64,000 nt of DNA. Source: Desulfobacterales bacterium (GTDB taxonomy: Bacteria; Desulfobacterota; Desulfobacteria; Desulfobacterales; UBA2174). The position numbers were made by a program, and so were the translations under genes. The stretch is taken from the NCBI GenBank assembly GCA_963668645.2, contig CAXXWC010000021.1, positions 128,001 through 192,000 on the forward strand. Reading direction: 5' to 3'. Every line of letters begins with the position of its first letter. The first letter of the stretch is position 1. The notes beneath the pieces were generated by a model that had not been told where the DNA came from, did not search any database, and was given only the letters and a program-made list of their open reading frames with translations. Shown one piece after another: positions 47,720-57,263 of this stretch.

Positions 47720-48436
47720 TTACAATCCCTTGTGATCGCGCCAATGGGCATATTCGTAGGGCCATTCATTACGGCGCCAACCGATCAGGGCCGCCATGCG
47801 CCCGCGAAACACCTCCATGCGCCTGTCCACCCAGCGGTAGCGTTTCTTAGCCCTCCAGGCGTCCACCAGGCGCCGGCCAAGACTGTAAGCCCGCTCCTGC
47901 ACCTCTTCGGTAAAGCCGCCGTCCGGCATCTCGGCCATGGTGGCGTAGACCGCCCCCACCGGATGGATGCCGGTCGTGATCAGGAATTGGCTCAGATAGT
48001 CGGAGATCATCTTCTCGGGCCCGCCGCCCGAGGTAATCACCGCGGCCCCGTAGCGGCCCTCGAACCCAAGGCAGTGGATCACCCCGCAGCAGCGGTCGAT
48101 AAAGGCCTTGAGCTGGGCGCTGACGTGGTTGATGTAGTTGGGGGTGGCCAGGATCAGGCCGTCGGCGGCCAGGATGCGTTCCTTGATGGCGGCAAAATCG
48201 TCCTTTTGCGGGCAGCGGCCCTCGATGTGGCAGCGGTCGCAGGCCCGGCAGGGGCGCACGGTGGATCCAGTCAGAAAGACGGTTTCAGACAACGCCCCGC
48301 GGCTTGCAGCGCCCAGCAGCACTTCTTCGAGCAGGCCGGCCGTGTTGCCCCGCCTGCCGTGCGGGCTGCCCACCAGGCAGACGATCTTCATGGGCGTGTT
48401 CGCGACACGGACCGAACCGGCAGGTGCATCTCTCAT
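47720..48436 (-). CDS. Flavodoxin-like iron-sulfur flavoprotein / NADPH-dependent FMN reductase
   Basis: LVGSP...GNT, CxxCxxCxxxxxC, ATPNY, LKAFIDR. Confidence 0.88.
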   Translation of the reverse strand: MRDAPAGSVRVANTPMKIVCLVGSPHGRRGNTAGLLEEVLLGAASRGALSETVFLTGSTVRPCRACDRCHIEGRCPQKDDFAAIKERILAADGLILATPNYINHVSAQLKAFIDRCCGVIHCLGFEGRYGAAVITSGGGPEKMISDYLSQFLITTGIHPVGAVYATMAEMPDGGFTEEVQERAYSLGRRLVDAWRAKKRYRWVDRRMEVFRGRMAALIGWRRNEWPYEYAHWRDHKGL

Positions 48437-48599
48437 CCTCCCCTCCTGCTTTGCCTCAATTGAGCTCAAGTGCTCAGAACGAGAACTATGGTCTCTTGCT
48501 GACACCCAGGCTGAATAATGACAATTATGGACTTCTAATCGCACCTTGGAAAATGTTTTTTCCTCCGGCGGTTTTTGTCCCGCCTGTGCCTGGAACTGC

Positions 48600-48800
48600 G
48601 GATGCCTCGTCGTCCCACCTCGGCATGACAAACGAGGAAGAGACGGGATGACAAAGAAAGAATGGAACGAAATGACACGCGATGAAGGGCGCGGCATGAC
48701 ACACCACGATGAGGCAACGGCGTGGCATGCGAATAGAGGTGCGGCGTGGCATGCGAGGAAGGCCGAGGCCAGTCATGTGATGAAAGGCGCAGCATGACAC
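48600..48800 (+). repeat. Degenerate REP-like cluster
   Basis: GATGCCTCG...CTCGGCATGACA followed by repeated ATGACA/GGCATG units. Confidence 0.4.
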
Positions 48801-49183
48801 GCAAGGAATGTAAAGGCTTGCCGAAACGCCGCTTCAGCGCCTAGTATTCTGAAATGACACAGTTTCGTCCCTGCCTTTTGGCCTCGTACAGCCTTTCATC
48901 CGCCCTATGGAACCACAAAACGGTTGGATTCTGTAAAATCAGTATGTTATCCGATTATTTTTGCCATACTTGATCATATTTTGCGATTCTCAAGGAGCCT
49001 GTGCTTTCGTTTTCCGGGGTGTCGGCTTTGCGTCTAACTCATAGAAAACACATGTAATGATTGTCATTTACGATAGATGGCTATCCTCTTTTTCGTTCTT
49101 GTCAAATCGTCCATTTCTTGATAATGTATTGCATATATGCCCGGTTGCGGCGATAACCTGCAATACTTTATCGGGAGGGCGAT

Positions 49184-49843
49184 ATGGATGGTTCGACCGA
49201 GGTTTCCCAGCGTCTCGCGGTCCTGTTCAAGCAGCATCCATGCTGGATGATCGGGCCGCTGAGCCAACAGATGGACTACTCGATTCCATCAACCCGGCGA
49301 TTTCTGGCCCAGAACGGCTACTACAGCAGTTTTACGCACAACGGACGATGGTATACCCTGCGTTCGATTCCTCGCTTTTCGCGCGAAGGACTGTGGTTTT
49401 ACCACGACATCGGCTTTTCCCGGGCCGGCAGTCTGACCCGTACGCTGGTGGCCCTGATCGATGCCAGTCTGGCAGGGATGAGCGCCGAAGCGCTCGGCCA
49501 AAAGTTGCGCTGCCGTTGTCATTCGGTTCTGGTCGGGTTGTACCGCCGCGGTCTTGTCCAGCGCCAGCGCCAGGGACGCGCGAACGTTTACCTGGCCAGC
49601 AATGCCAGGACCGCCGAGGCGCAACGTCGTGTCCTGGAAGCGCCCGTGGCGGCGGTGCTGCCAGCCGAGATTGCAGTGATGGTGCTGGCCGAATTCATCC
49701 GCAAGCCGTCAGCCGAGCCGGCCGAGTTGGCCCGCCGGGTGTCGGCCCGGGCCGCCGTGCGCATCAAGGCCGACCAGATCCGGGCGCTGTTTGCGCAGCA
49801 CGGTTTAAAAAAAATGCTGCCGTTGCGGCCATCGGCCTCCTGA
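49184..49843 (+). CDS. IS ORF1 (219 aa, basic, possibly HTH)
   Basis: GGGAGG RBS; TTTAAAAAAAA run near its end; identical translation in copy 2. Confidence 0.75.
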   Translation: MDGSTEVSQRLAVLFKQHPCWMIGPLSQQMDYSIPSTRRFLAQNGYYSSFTHNGRWYTLRSIPRFSREGLWFYHDIGFSRAGSLTRTLVALIDASLAGMSAEALGQKLRCRCHSVLVGLYRRGLVQRQRQGRANVYLASNARTAEAQRRVLEAPVAAVLPAEIAVMVLAEFIRKPSAEPAELARRVSARAAVRIKADQIRALFAQHGLKKMLPLRPSAS

Positions 49844-51648
49844 GCCGCCTCAACGAACAACTGCACCAGGAGGTGCGCCCGTCGGCGTTGTTCGCGCAGC
49901 CGCCGGTGGTCGATTTTCGCTACCCGCACCGGCAGTGCTCCTGCGGCGGTGCCTTGAAAGTCCAAAAGACACAAACCAAGCGCGTGGTCAGTCTTTCGGT
50001 CACCTATATCGCCCGCCGGACCGTGCAACGCTGTACCCGTTGTGGCCGTGTCTGGGAAGATCCGGCCCTGCGTCAGCGGGTGGCGCATCGTTGCAATACC
50101 GCTTGGGACGTGCTGGTCTTTGTCGGCCGTCGCCTGTTCGAGGACTGCCACAGTGTCGGGCAGGTTCGCAACGAGCTGCTGGCCCGCGATGTGGTGCTGT
50201 CCGATTCTCAAATCACCAAACTCGGCCGCAAGTTTATCCTCTTGCTGGCTCTGGCCCATCGGCGCGCCACCCCGCGCATCAAGCAGGCCATGGCCAGAAG
50301 CGGCGGCTATATCCTGCATCTGGATGCCGTGCATCAAGAAGATGCGCCCGCTCTGATGTCAGGCATCGACGCTCTGAGCCGCCTGGTGTTGGCCAATGTC
50401 AAGGTGCCCAGTGAACACGCCGCTCAGATCATCCCGTTTTTGGAAAAGATCAAAGACGACTATGGCGATCCGATCGCCTGTGTGCATGACATGGGCACAG
50501 GCATCTGCAAGGCGGTCGGGGCCGTGTTCCCCACAAGCAAAGACTTTGTCTGCCACTTTCATTTCTTGCGCGATGCGGGCAAAGACCTGATCGAGCCGGC
50601 CTACCGCGAGCTTCGTGGCTGCCTGCGTCGCCATGCGTTCAGCACCCGGTTCCGTGCGTTGGCCCGCCACGCCCGTCGGTTACTGGCCGAGCCGAACGCC
50701 CTGGCGATGTATCTGGCGGGCACCCAAACGGCTGCCGATTTGAGTCTCACGACCCCTGCGGCGGTCTATGCACTATCGCTGTGGAGCTTGCAGGCCAAAC
50801 ACTGCGGCGATGGCTACGGCTTTCCTTTCGATCGCCCCTTGCTGGTACTGGCCGAACGGCTTATGATCCTGCTCGATTGCCTGCCGCGCCTGCTACAGAC
50901 ACTTCCCGGCGACAACGTGGCCGGCAGCCGCTTGTTTGTCCACCTGGCACGAAAGGTGATGGATGTCGTCGCCGATCCGGTCTTCGAAAAAAGCCTCGAC
51001 TCGTTACGCTGGCGTTGCCGGCTCTTTGATCAGCTTCGCCAAGCCATGCGCATCGCACCTTCCGGAGGCCGAGACGGCCTCAACGATGATGGTGCCGCAC
51101 CCGCGATGGAAAGTATCCGCCAGAGCGTTGGCCAATTCCGTCACCGTCTCGATGCCGAAGCAAAGCTGGCAGCCGATCCGCTGTGCCGCAAACTGGCCGA
51201 ACAGATCGACAAGTATCACGACAAACTGTTTGCCGACCCGATTGACGTGCAGACCCCTTCGGGGCCGCAGGTGGTTTATCCCCAGCGGACCAACAACATC
51301 CTGGAACAGTTCTTTCGCAGCTTGCGCCGGGATCATCGCCGCCGTACCGGCGATAATCGCATGCACCGCGCGTTGCAAACCATGCTGGCCGATACCCCGT
51401 TGGTGAAAAATCTGTCCAACCCCGACTACATGAAAATCCTGCTCGACGGCCGGCCCAATATCGAAGCCCTGTTTGCTGATTTGGATCGAACCTCGGCTTC
51501 CGAGGAGCTGATACCGGCCGCGGATGCCGATCGCATTCTGCCTGGTTTTAAAGCACTGACAAAAATACCGGATCTTCCCGTTCGAATCTCACAGCGCGCT
51601 TCTGCGGCTTTATCCGGGGCAAAATCCAACCAAATTGTGTGGCCATAG
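49807..51648 (+). CDS. IS ORF2 DDE transposase of Mutator (MULE) type; start uncertain, probably frameshift-fused to ORF1
   Basis: Zn ribbon CSC...CTRC; LHLD, VHDMG, CHFH (CxxH), TNNILEQFF; stop TAG forms the last 3 nt of the element. Confidence 0.8.
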   Translation, partial: KKNAAVAAIGLLSRLNEQLHQEVRPSALFAQPPVVDFRYPHRQCSCGGALKVQKTQTKRVVSLSVTYIARRTVQRCTRCGRVWEDPALRQRVAHRCNTAWDVLVFVGRRLFEDCHSVGQVRNELLARDVVLSDSQITKLGRKFILLLALAHRRATPRIKQAMARSGGYILHLDAVHQEDAPALMSGIDALSRLVLANVKVPSEHAAQIIPFLEKIKDDYGDPIACVHDMGTGICKAVGAVFPTSKDFVCHFHFLRDAGKDLIEPAYRELRGCLRRHAFSTRFRALARHARRLLAEPNALAMYLAGTQTAADLSLTTPAAVYALSLWSLQAKHCGDGYGFPFDRPLLVLAERLMILLDCLPRLLQTLPGDNVAGSRLFVHLARKVMDVVADPVFEKSLDSLRWRCRLFDQLRQAMRIAPSGGRDGLNDDGAAPAMESIRQSVGQFRHRLDAEAKLAADPLCRKLAEQIDKYHDKLFADPIDVQTPSGPQVVYPQRTNNILEQFFRSLRRDHRRRTGDNRMHRALQTMLADTPLVKNLSNPDYMKILLDGRPNIEALFADLDRTSASEELIPAADADRILPGFKALTKIPDLPVRISQRASAALSGAKSNQIVWP

Positions 51649-52594
51649 CATCCGCCGTATGCAGCAGTTTTTCGATCGTCCCATTTATCTCTGTTTCAAA
51701 TGAATCAAAAACAGTTACTCCAAAACTGGCATTAATATTTATCCTCTTATCTTTATACAGGATCGGTGCTTCTGAGATGGTCAAGCGGAGTCTTTCGGCT
51801 GTGGTGACGCCGCCTGAAAGCTCGGTCTCAGGCAAGACCACAACGAACTCCTCTCCTCCATAACGTGAAATCCAGTCGATGTCTTTTCGAATCTGAGTTT
51901 GCATGATATCGACGAACTTTTTTAGCACTGCGTCCCCACATTGATGCCCATAGCAGTCATTGACATTTTTAAAATGGTCGATATCCGAAAGAATCAAGGA
52001 CATCGGTGTTCTGGAACGCATTGCACGCTTAATTTCCTTGGGCAACTGGTCGTTGAGATATCCCCTATTGTAACATCCCGTAAGGGAGTCGAGGATGGAT
52101 AGCTGCTTTATCTTTTCGTTCGCTTTCCTGAGTTCGCAAATCACCTCTTTTAATTCTTTTTGATGTTGGTAGAGCTGGATAAACACGCCCACTTTGCTTC
52201 GAAGAATATGGGGTTCCGGTGGCTTGAAAATATAATCTACCGCACCGGCTTCATAACCACGAAAAATATGCTTTGCCTCCTTGCTTATCGCGGTCACAAA
52301 AATGATGGGCACCCTTTTCGTCATTTCGGTCCCCCGCATTAACTCGGCAACTTCAAATCCATCCATTCCAGGCATCTGCACATCAAGTAAAACCAAGGCA
52401 AATTCTTTTTCAAGCATCCGTGCGAGTGCTTCATTTCCAGATTTCGCTTTTACGATATTTAAATCGAAATCTCCGAGACATGCCTCAAGGGCAAGAAGGT
52501 TTTCCTCTCTGTCGTCTACGATCAGAATGTCTATTCGATTGTTTTCTGGCATCAATTCCATATTCATATCAAGTTTCGTCTTTCGTCATCGGTC

Positions 52595-52687
52595 TTATTT
52601 TACAATCCGGTCCACTGAAAGTCCAATCTCTGCCGGATCGAGAATATGATCCACCCAAGTTGCGGAAAATACTCCTCGGAGCATCAT
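52595..52687 (-). pseudogene. cheB: Relic of the cheB methylesterase 3' end
   Basis: MMLRGVFSATWVDHILDPAEIG resembles the CheB C-terminus (MP..A....VD.IL...EI); lies between cheR and the DGC. Confidence 0.5.
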
Positions 52688-52739
52688 GTCCAGTTACGAT
52701 TATTTTAACTCTACATCAGGTGCTAAAGATCCCACTTTT

Positions 52740-53561
52740 TTATTTCACTTTTTGGTATATCTTAGCCACGGCATCAACTTCCCTAAACCTTGCTTGATGA
52801 TCGGTAAAACGGATTGTCTCTTTACTGCCAAGACAAAGATACCCGCCCTCTGCAAGACTTTCAGCAAAAAGACCGATGGCTCTGTTTTGCAATTCCTGAT
52901 TGAAGTAAATCAGAACATTACGGCATAAAATGACGTTCATCTCTCCGAATGCCCCATCCGTAGCCAAATTATGGTCAGCAAAAACTATATTCTTTTTTAA
53001 AAAACTTTTTATTGTCGAATACCCGTACTTTGTCGTAAAATATTCAGCGAATTCTCCGGCACAGCCGGATTCACGGTAATTCTGCTCGCTGTTTTTCATC
53101 ATATCGAGCGGATAAATCCCCTCTTTTGCTTTTCTTAATACGTTTTCGTTAAAATCTGTGGCGTAGATCAAAATTTTATCGTATAGACCTTCCTCCCAAA
53201 AAACAATAGCAGCCGAGTAGACCTCTTCTCCGGTTGCGCAACCGGCATGCCAAATTTTAATATGAGAGCGCATTTTTAGGGACGGTACTATTTTTTGTCT
53301 GACCGCCCTAAAAAAAATCGGATCGCGATACATTTCGGTAACATTGATCGAAAGATCAAGTAACAACTGCTCGAAAAACGAGACATTATTCAAAAGAAGG
53401 TGCTGCATTTCGGAAATCGATCCAAGTCCGCAGATGGACAATCTTTTCAATATTCTTCTTTTTAAAGAGTCCCGTGTGTAATTTCTGAAATCGTATCCGT
53501 ATTTAGCATAGATGGCTTGTAGCAAAAGATCGATTTCGATCAGTTGGTTTTCATCGACCAT
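52740..53561 (-). CDS. cheR: CheR-type methyltransferase
   Basis: YGYDFR.Y, INVTEMYRD, IWHAGCATGEEVYS, ILCRNVLIYF, LGSKE. Confidence 0.95.
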   Translation of the reverse strand: MVDENQLIEIDLLLQAIYAKYGYDFRNYTRDSLKRRILKRLSICGLGSISEMQHLLLNNVSFFEQLLLDLSINVTEMYRDPIFFRAVRQKIVPSLKMRSHIKIWHAGCATGEEVYSAAIVFWEEGLYDKILIYATDFNENVLRKAKEGIYPLDMMKNSEQNYRESGCAGEFAEYFTTKYGYSTIKSFLKKNIVFADHNLATDGAFGEMNVILCRNVLIYFNQELQNRAIGLFAESLAEGGYLCLGSKETIRFTDHQARFREVDAVAKIYQKVK

Positions 53562-54798
53562 AAACAGTTCCCTCTTCTCTACCCACTGCCCGGCACTCAA
53601 TCCGGCGAGACAATACTCGCATGTTTATTCGAGCTTGATGATAGATACTATGGCTAGCGGTACAACCAGACCCGCAACATTGAAAGCAGTTTTTCACTGT
53701 CAACCGGTTTTGACAGATAATCGTTTGCCCCGGCCTCGATACAGTTCGCCCTATCTCCTCGCATCGCCTTTGCCGTCAAGGCGATAATCGGCAATTTCTT
53801 GAATTCATCAATTTCCCGGATATGCCTCATGGCCTCATAACCGTCCATCTCTGGCATCATGATATCCATCAAGACAATGTCCAAATCGGGATTTTCCTTG
53901 ATCCGGGCAATACCTTCATGGCCGTTTTTCGCAACGATCACCCGGATCCCTTTGTCTTCCAGAATGCTGCTCAATGCGAACACATTTCTCATGTCGTCGT
54001 CTACGATAAGCAATTTTTTATTTTTCAGGATCGATTCTTTGTCATGAACCATTTGAAGAATTCGCCGTTTCTCTTTCGGCAGATCACTTTCGACTCTGTG
54101 AAGAAACAAAGCCGTTTCATCAAAAAGCTTTTCAAGAGATTTCGGATCTTTGATGATTATCCTTTCAGAATGGTTGTCTAAAAATACCCGCTCTTTATCG
54201 GTCAACTCCTTGCCGGTGTACACGATGATAGGAAGATACGAGATATCCTCATCATTCCTGATCCGAAGAATCAGATCTTCCCCGGACATATCCGAAAGAT
54301 TCATTCCGAGAATGATACAATGATATATATCGTTTTTCAGGCGGTGCAGCGTCTCTTTTCCACTGGCCACAGTTTCGATCGTTATGTCGTTATCATCCAG
54401 CAAACCCTTGATGTTATCGCATTCGTCTTCATCGCCTTCCACAACAAGCAGTTTTTTCAACTTGGCGTTGATCAGGTGGTCTATCTTAACAAAAGCCTGA
54501 TTCAATTGCTCCAAGCTTACCGGTTTAGTAAGGTAACCCATCGCACCCATTTTGATGGCATCCCAGGGCTTTTCGGTACCGGAAATGAAGTGAACCGGAA
54601 TATGACGGGTCGGGAATGCTTCCTTGAGCCGGGTCATCACGTTCCAACCGTCGATTCCCGGAAGTCCCACATCCAAAATAATCGCGCTCGGTTGATAATA
54701 ATCCGCCATGTGAAGACCCGATTCTCCATCACCGGCGATCAGTGTTTTAAATCCTTTTTCTCTGGCAAGATCCTGGAGTGTCTTGGCAAAGCCGGGAT

Positions 54799-56640
54799 CT
54801 ATGGCCACACAATTTGGTTGGATTTTGCCCCGGATAAAGCCGCAGAAGCGCGCTGTGAGATTCGAACGGGAAGATCCGGTATTTTTGTCAGTGCTTTAAA
54901 ACCAGGCAGAATGCGATCGGCATCCGCGGCCGGTATCAGCTCCTCGGAAGCCGAGGTTCGATCCAAATCAGCAAACAGGGCTTCGATATTGGGCCGGCCG
55001 TCGAGCAGGATTTTCATGTAGTCGGGGTTGGACAGATTTTTCACCAACGGGGTATCGGCCAGCATGGTTTGCAACGCGCGGTGCATGCGATTATCGCCGG
55101 TACGGCGGCGATGATCCCGGCGCAAGCTGCGAAAGAACTGTTCCAGGATGTTGTTGGTCCGCTGGGGATAAACCACCTGCGGCCCCGAAGGGGTCTGCAC
55201 GTCAATCGGGTCGGCAAACAGTTTGTCGTGATACTTGTCGATCTGTTCGGCCAGTTTGCGGCACAGCGGATCGGCTGCCAGCTTTGCTTCGGCATCGAGA
55301 CGGTGACGGAATTGGCCAACGCTCTGGCGGATACTTTCCATCGCGGGTGCGGCACCATCATCGTTGAGGCCGTCTCGGCCTCCGGAAGGTGCGATGCGCA
55401 TGGCTTGGCGAAGCTGATCAAAGAGCCGGCAACGCCAGCGTAACGAGTCGAGGCTTTTTTCGAAGACCGGATCGGCGACGACATCCATCACCTTTCGTGC
55501 CAGGTGGACAAACAAGCGGCTGCCGGCCACGTTGTCGCCGGGAAGTGTCTGTAGCAGGCGCGGCAGGCAATCGAGCAGGATCATAAGCCGTTCGGCCAGT
55601 ACCAGCAAGGGGCGATCGAAAGGAAAGCCGTAGCCATCGCCGCAGTGTTTGGCCTGCAAGCTCCACAGCGATAGTGCATAGACCGCCGCAGGGGTCGTGA
55701 GACTCAAATCGGCAGCCGTTTGGGTGCCCGCCAGATACATCGCCAGGGCGTTCGGCTCGGCCAGTAACCGACGGGCGTGGCGGGCCAACGCACGGAACCG
55801 GGTGCTGAACGCATGGCGACGCAGGCAGCCACGAAGCTCGCGGTAGGCCGGCTCGATCAGGTCTTTGCCCGCATCGCGCAAGAAATGAAAGTGGCAGACA
55901 AAGTCTTTGCTTGTGGGGAACACGGCCCCGACCGCCTTGCAGATGCCTGTGCCCATGTCATGCACACAGGCGATCGGATCGCCATAGTCGTCTTTGATCT
56001 TTTCCAAAAACGGGATGATCTGAGCGGCGTGTTCACTGGGCACCTTGACATTGGCCAACACCAGGCGGCTCAGAGCGTCGATGCCTGACATCAGAGCGGG
56101 CGCATCTTCTTGATGCACGGCATCCAGATGCAGGATATAGCCGCCGCTTCTGGCCATGGCCTGCTTGATGCGCGGGGTGGCGCGCCGATGGGCCAGAGCC
56201 AGCAAGAGGATAAACTTGCGGCCGAGTTTGGTGATTTGAGAATCGGACAGCACCACATCGCGGGCCAGCAGCTCGTTGCGAACCTGCCCGACACTGTGGC
56301 AGTCCTCGAACAGGCGACGGCCGACAAAGACCAGCACGTCCCAAGCGGTATTGCAACGATGCGCCACCCGCTGACGCAGGGCCGGATCTTCCCAGACACG
56401 GCCACAACGGGTACAGCGTTGCACGGTCCGGCGGGCGATATAGGTGACCGAAAGACTGACCACGCGCTTGGTTTGTGTCTTTTGGACTTTCAAGGCACCG
56501 CCGCAGGAGCACTGCCGGTGCGGGTAGCGAAAATCGACCACCGGCGGCTGCGCGAACAACGCCGACGGGCGCACCTCCTGGTGCAGTTGTTCGTTGAGGC
56601 GGCTCAGGAGGCCGATGGCCGCAACGGCAGCATTTTTTTT
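54799..56640 (-). CDS. IS ORF2 DDE transposase (copy 2)
   Basis: Translation identical to copy 1. Confidence 0.8.
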   Translation of the reverse strand, partial: KKNAAVAAIGLLSRLNEQLHQEVRPSALFAQPPVVDFRYPHRQCSCGGALKVQKTQTKRVVSLSVTYIARRTVQRCTRCGRVWEDPALRQRVAHRCNTAWDVLVFVGRRLFEDCHSVGQVRNELLARDVVLSDSQITKLGRKFILLLALAHRRATPRIKQAMARSGGYILHLDAVHQEDAPALMSGIDALSRLVLANVKVPSEHAAQIIPFLEKIKDDYGDPIACVHDMGTGICKAVGAVFPTSKDFVCHFHFLRDAGKDLIEPAYRELRGCLRRHAFSTRFRALARHARRLLAEPNALAMYLAGTQTAADLSLTTPAAVYALSLWSLQAKHCGDGYGFPFDRPLLVLAERLMILLDCLPRLLQTLPGDNVAGSRLFVHLARKVMDVVADPVFEKSLDSLRWRCRLFDQLRQAMRIAPSGGRDGLNDDGAAPAMESIRQSVGQFRHRLDAEAKLAADPLCRKLAEQIDKYHDKLFADPIDVQTPSGPQVVYPQRTNNILEQFFRSLRRDHRRRTGDNRMHRALQTMLADTPLVKNLSNPDYMKILLDGRPNIEALFADLDRTSASEELIPAADADRILPGFKALTKIPDLPVRISQRASAALSGAKSNQIVWP

Positions 56641-57263
56641 AAACCGTGCTGCGCAAACAGCGCCCGGATCTGGTCGGCCTTGATGCGCACGGCGGCCCGG
56701 GCCGACACCCGGCGGGCCAACTCGGCCGGCTCGGCTGACGGCTTGCGGATGAATTCGGCCAGCACCATCACTGCAATCTCGGCTGGCAGCACCGCCGCCA
56801 CGGGCGCTTCCAGGACACGACGTTGCGCCTCGGCGGTCCTGGCATTGCTGGCCAGGTAAACGTTCGCGCGTCCCTGGCGCTGGCGCTGGACAAGACCGCG
56901 GCGGTACAACCCGACCAGAACCGAATGACAACGGCAGCGCAACTTTTGGCCGAGCGCTTCGGCGCTCATCCCTGCCAGACTGGCATCGATCAGGGCCACC
57001 AGCGTACGGGTCAGACTGCCGGCCCGGGAAAAGCCGATGTCGTGGTAAAACCACAGTCCTTCGCGCGAAAAGCGAGGAATCGAACGCAGGGTATACCATC
57101 GTCCGTTGTGCGTAAAACTGCTGTAGTAGCCGTTCTGGGCCAGAAATCGCCGGGTTGATGGAATCGAGTAGTCCATCTGTTGGCTCAGCGGCCCGATCAT
57201 CCAGCATGGATGCTGCTTGAACAGGACCGCGAGACGCTGGGAAACCTCGGTCGAACCATCCAT
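56604..57263 (-). CDS. IS ORF1 (copy 2)
   Basis: Translation identical to copy 1. Confidence 0.75.
   Translation of the reverse strand: MDGSTEVSQRLAVLFKQHPCWMIGPLSQQMDYSIPSTRRFLAQNGYYSSFTHNGRWYTLRSIPRFSREGLWFYHDIGFSRAGSLTRTLVALIDASLAGMSAEALGQKLRCRCHSVLVGLYRRGLVQRQRQGRANVYLASNARTAEAQRRVLEAPVAAVLPAEIAVMVLAEFIRKPSAEPAELARRVSARAAVRIKADQIRALFAQHGLKKMLPLRPSAS

Larger units (their letters stand above)
48905..51648 (+). mobile_element. 2744-bp Mutator/IS256-like IS (copy 1)
   Basis: 29-bp IRs CTATGGAACCACAAAACGGTTGGATTCTG / CTATGGCCACACAATTTGGTTGGATTTTG (22/29); 8-bp TSD CATCCGCC. Confidence 0.92.
48841..52567 (-). pseudogene. Receiver-GGDEF diguanylate cyclase interrupted near its 3' end by an IS
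   Basis: REC LLDVQMP, DSLTG, DIDHFK.VND.YGH..GD, RYGGEEF; native tail ADERLYEAKRQGRNCVISEY* lies at 48841-48904 beyond the IS. Confidence 0.9.

Noticed and set aside
48600..48800. CRISPR array
   Set aside because: The repeat core is only about 6-8 bp and irregular
49057..49806. 863-aa ORF as a single transposase from 49057 (and its mirror at 57390)
   Set aside because: The N-terminal 250 aa is Arg/Gly/Pro-rich off-frame sequence overlapping ORF1, which has the RBS
51548..51648. C-terminus MATQFGWILPRIK... of the DGC
   Set aside because: Derived from the IS end; the native tail is at 48841-48904
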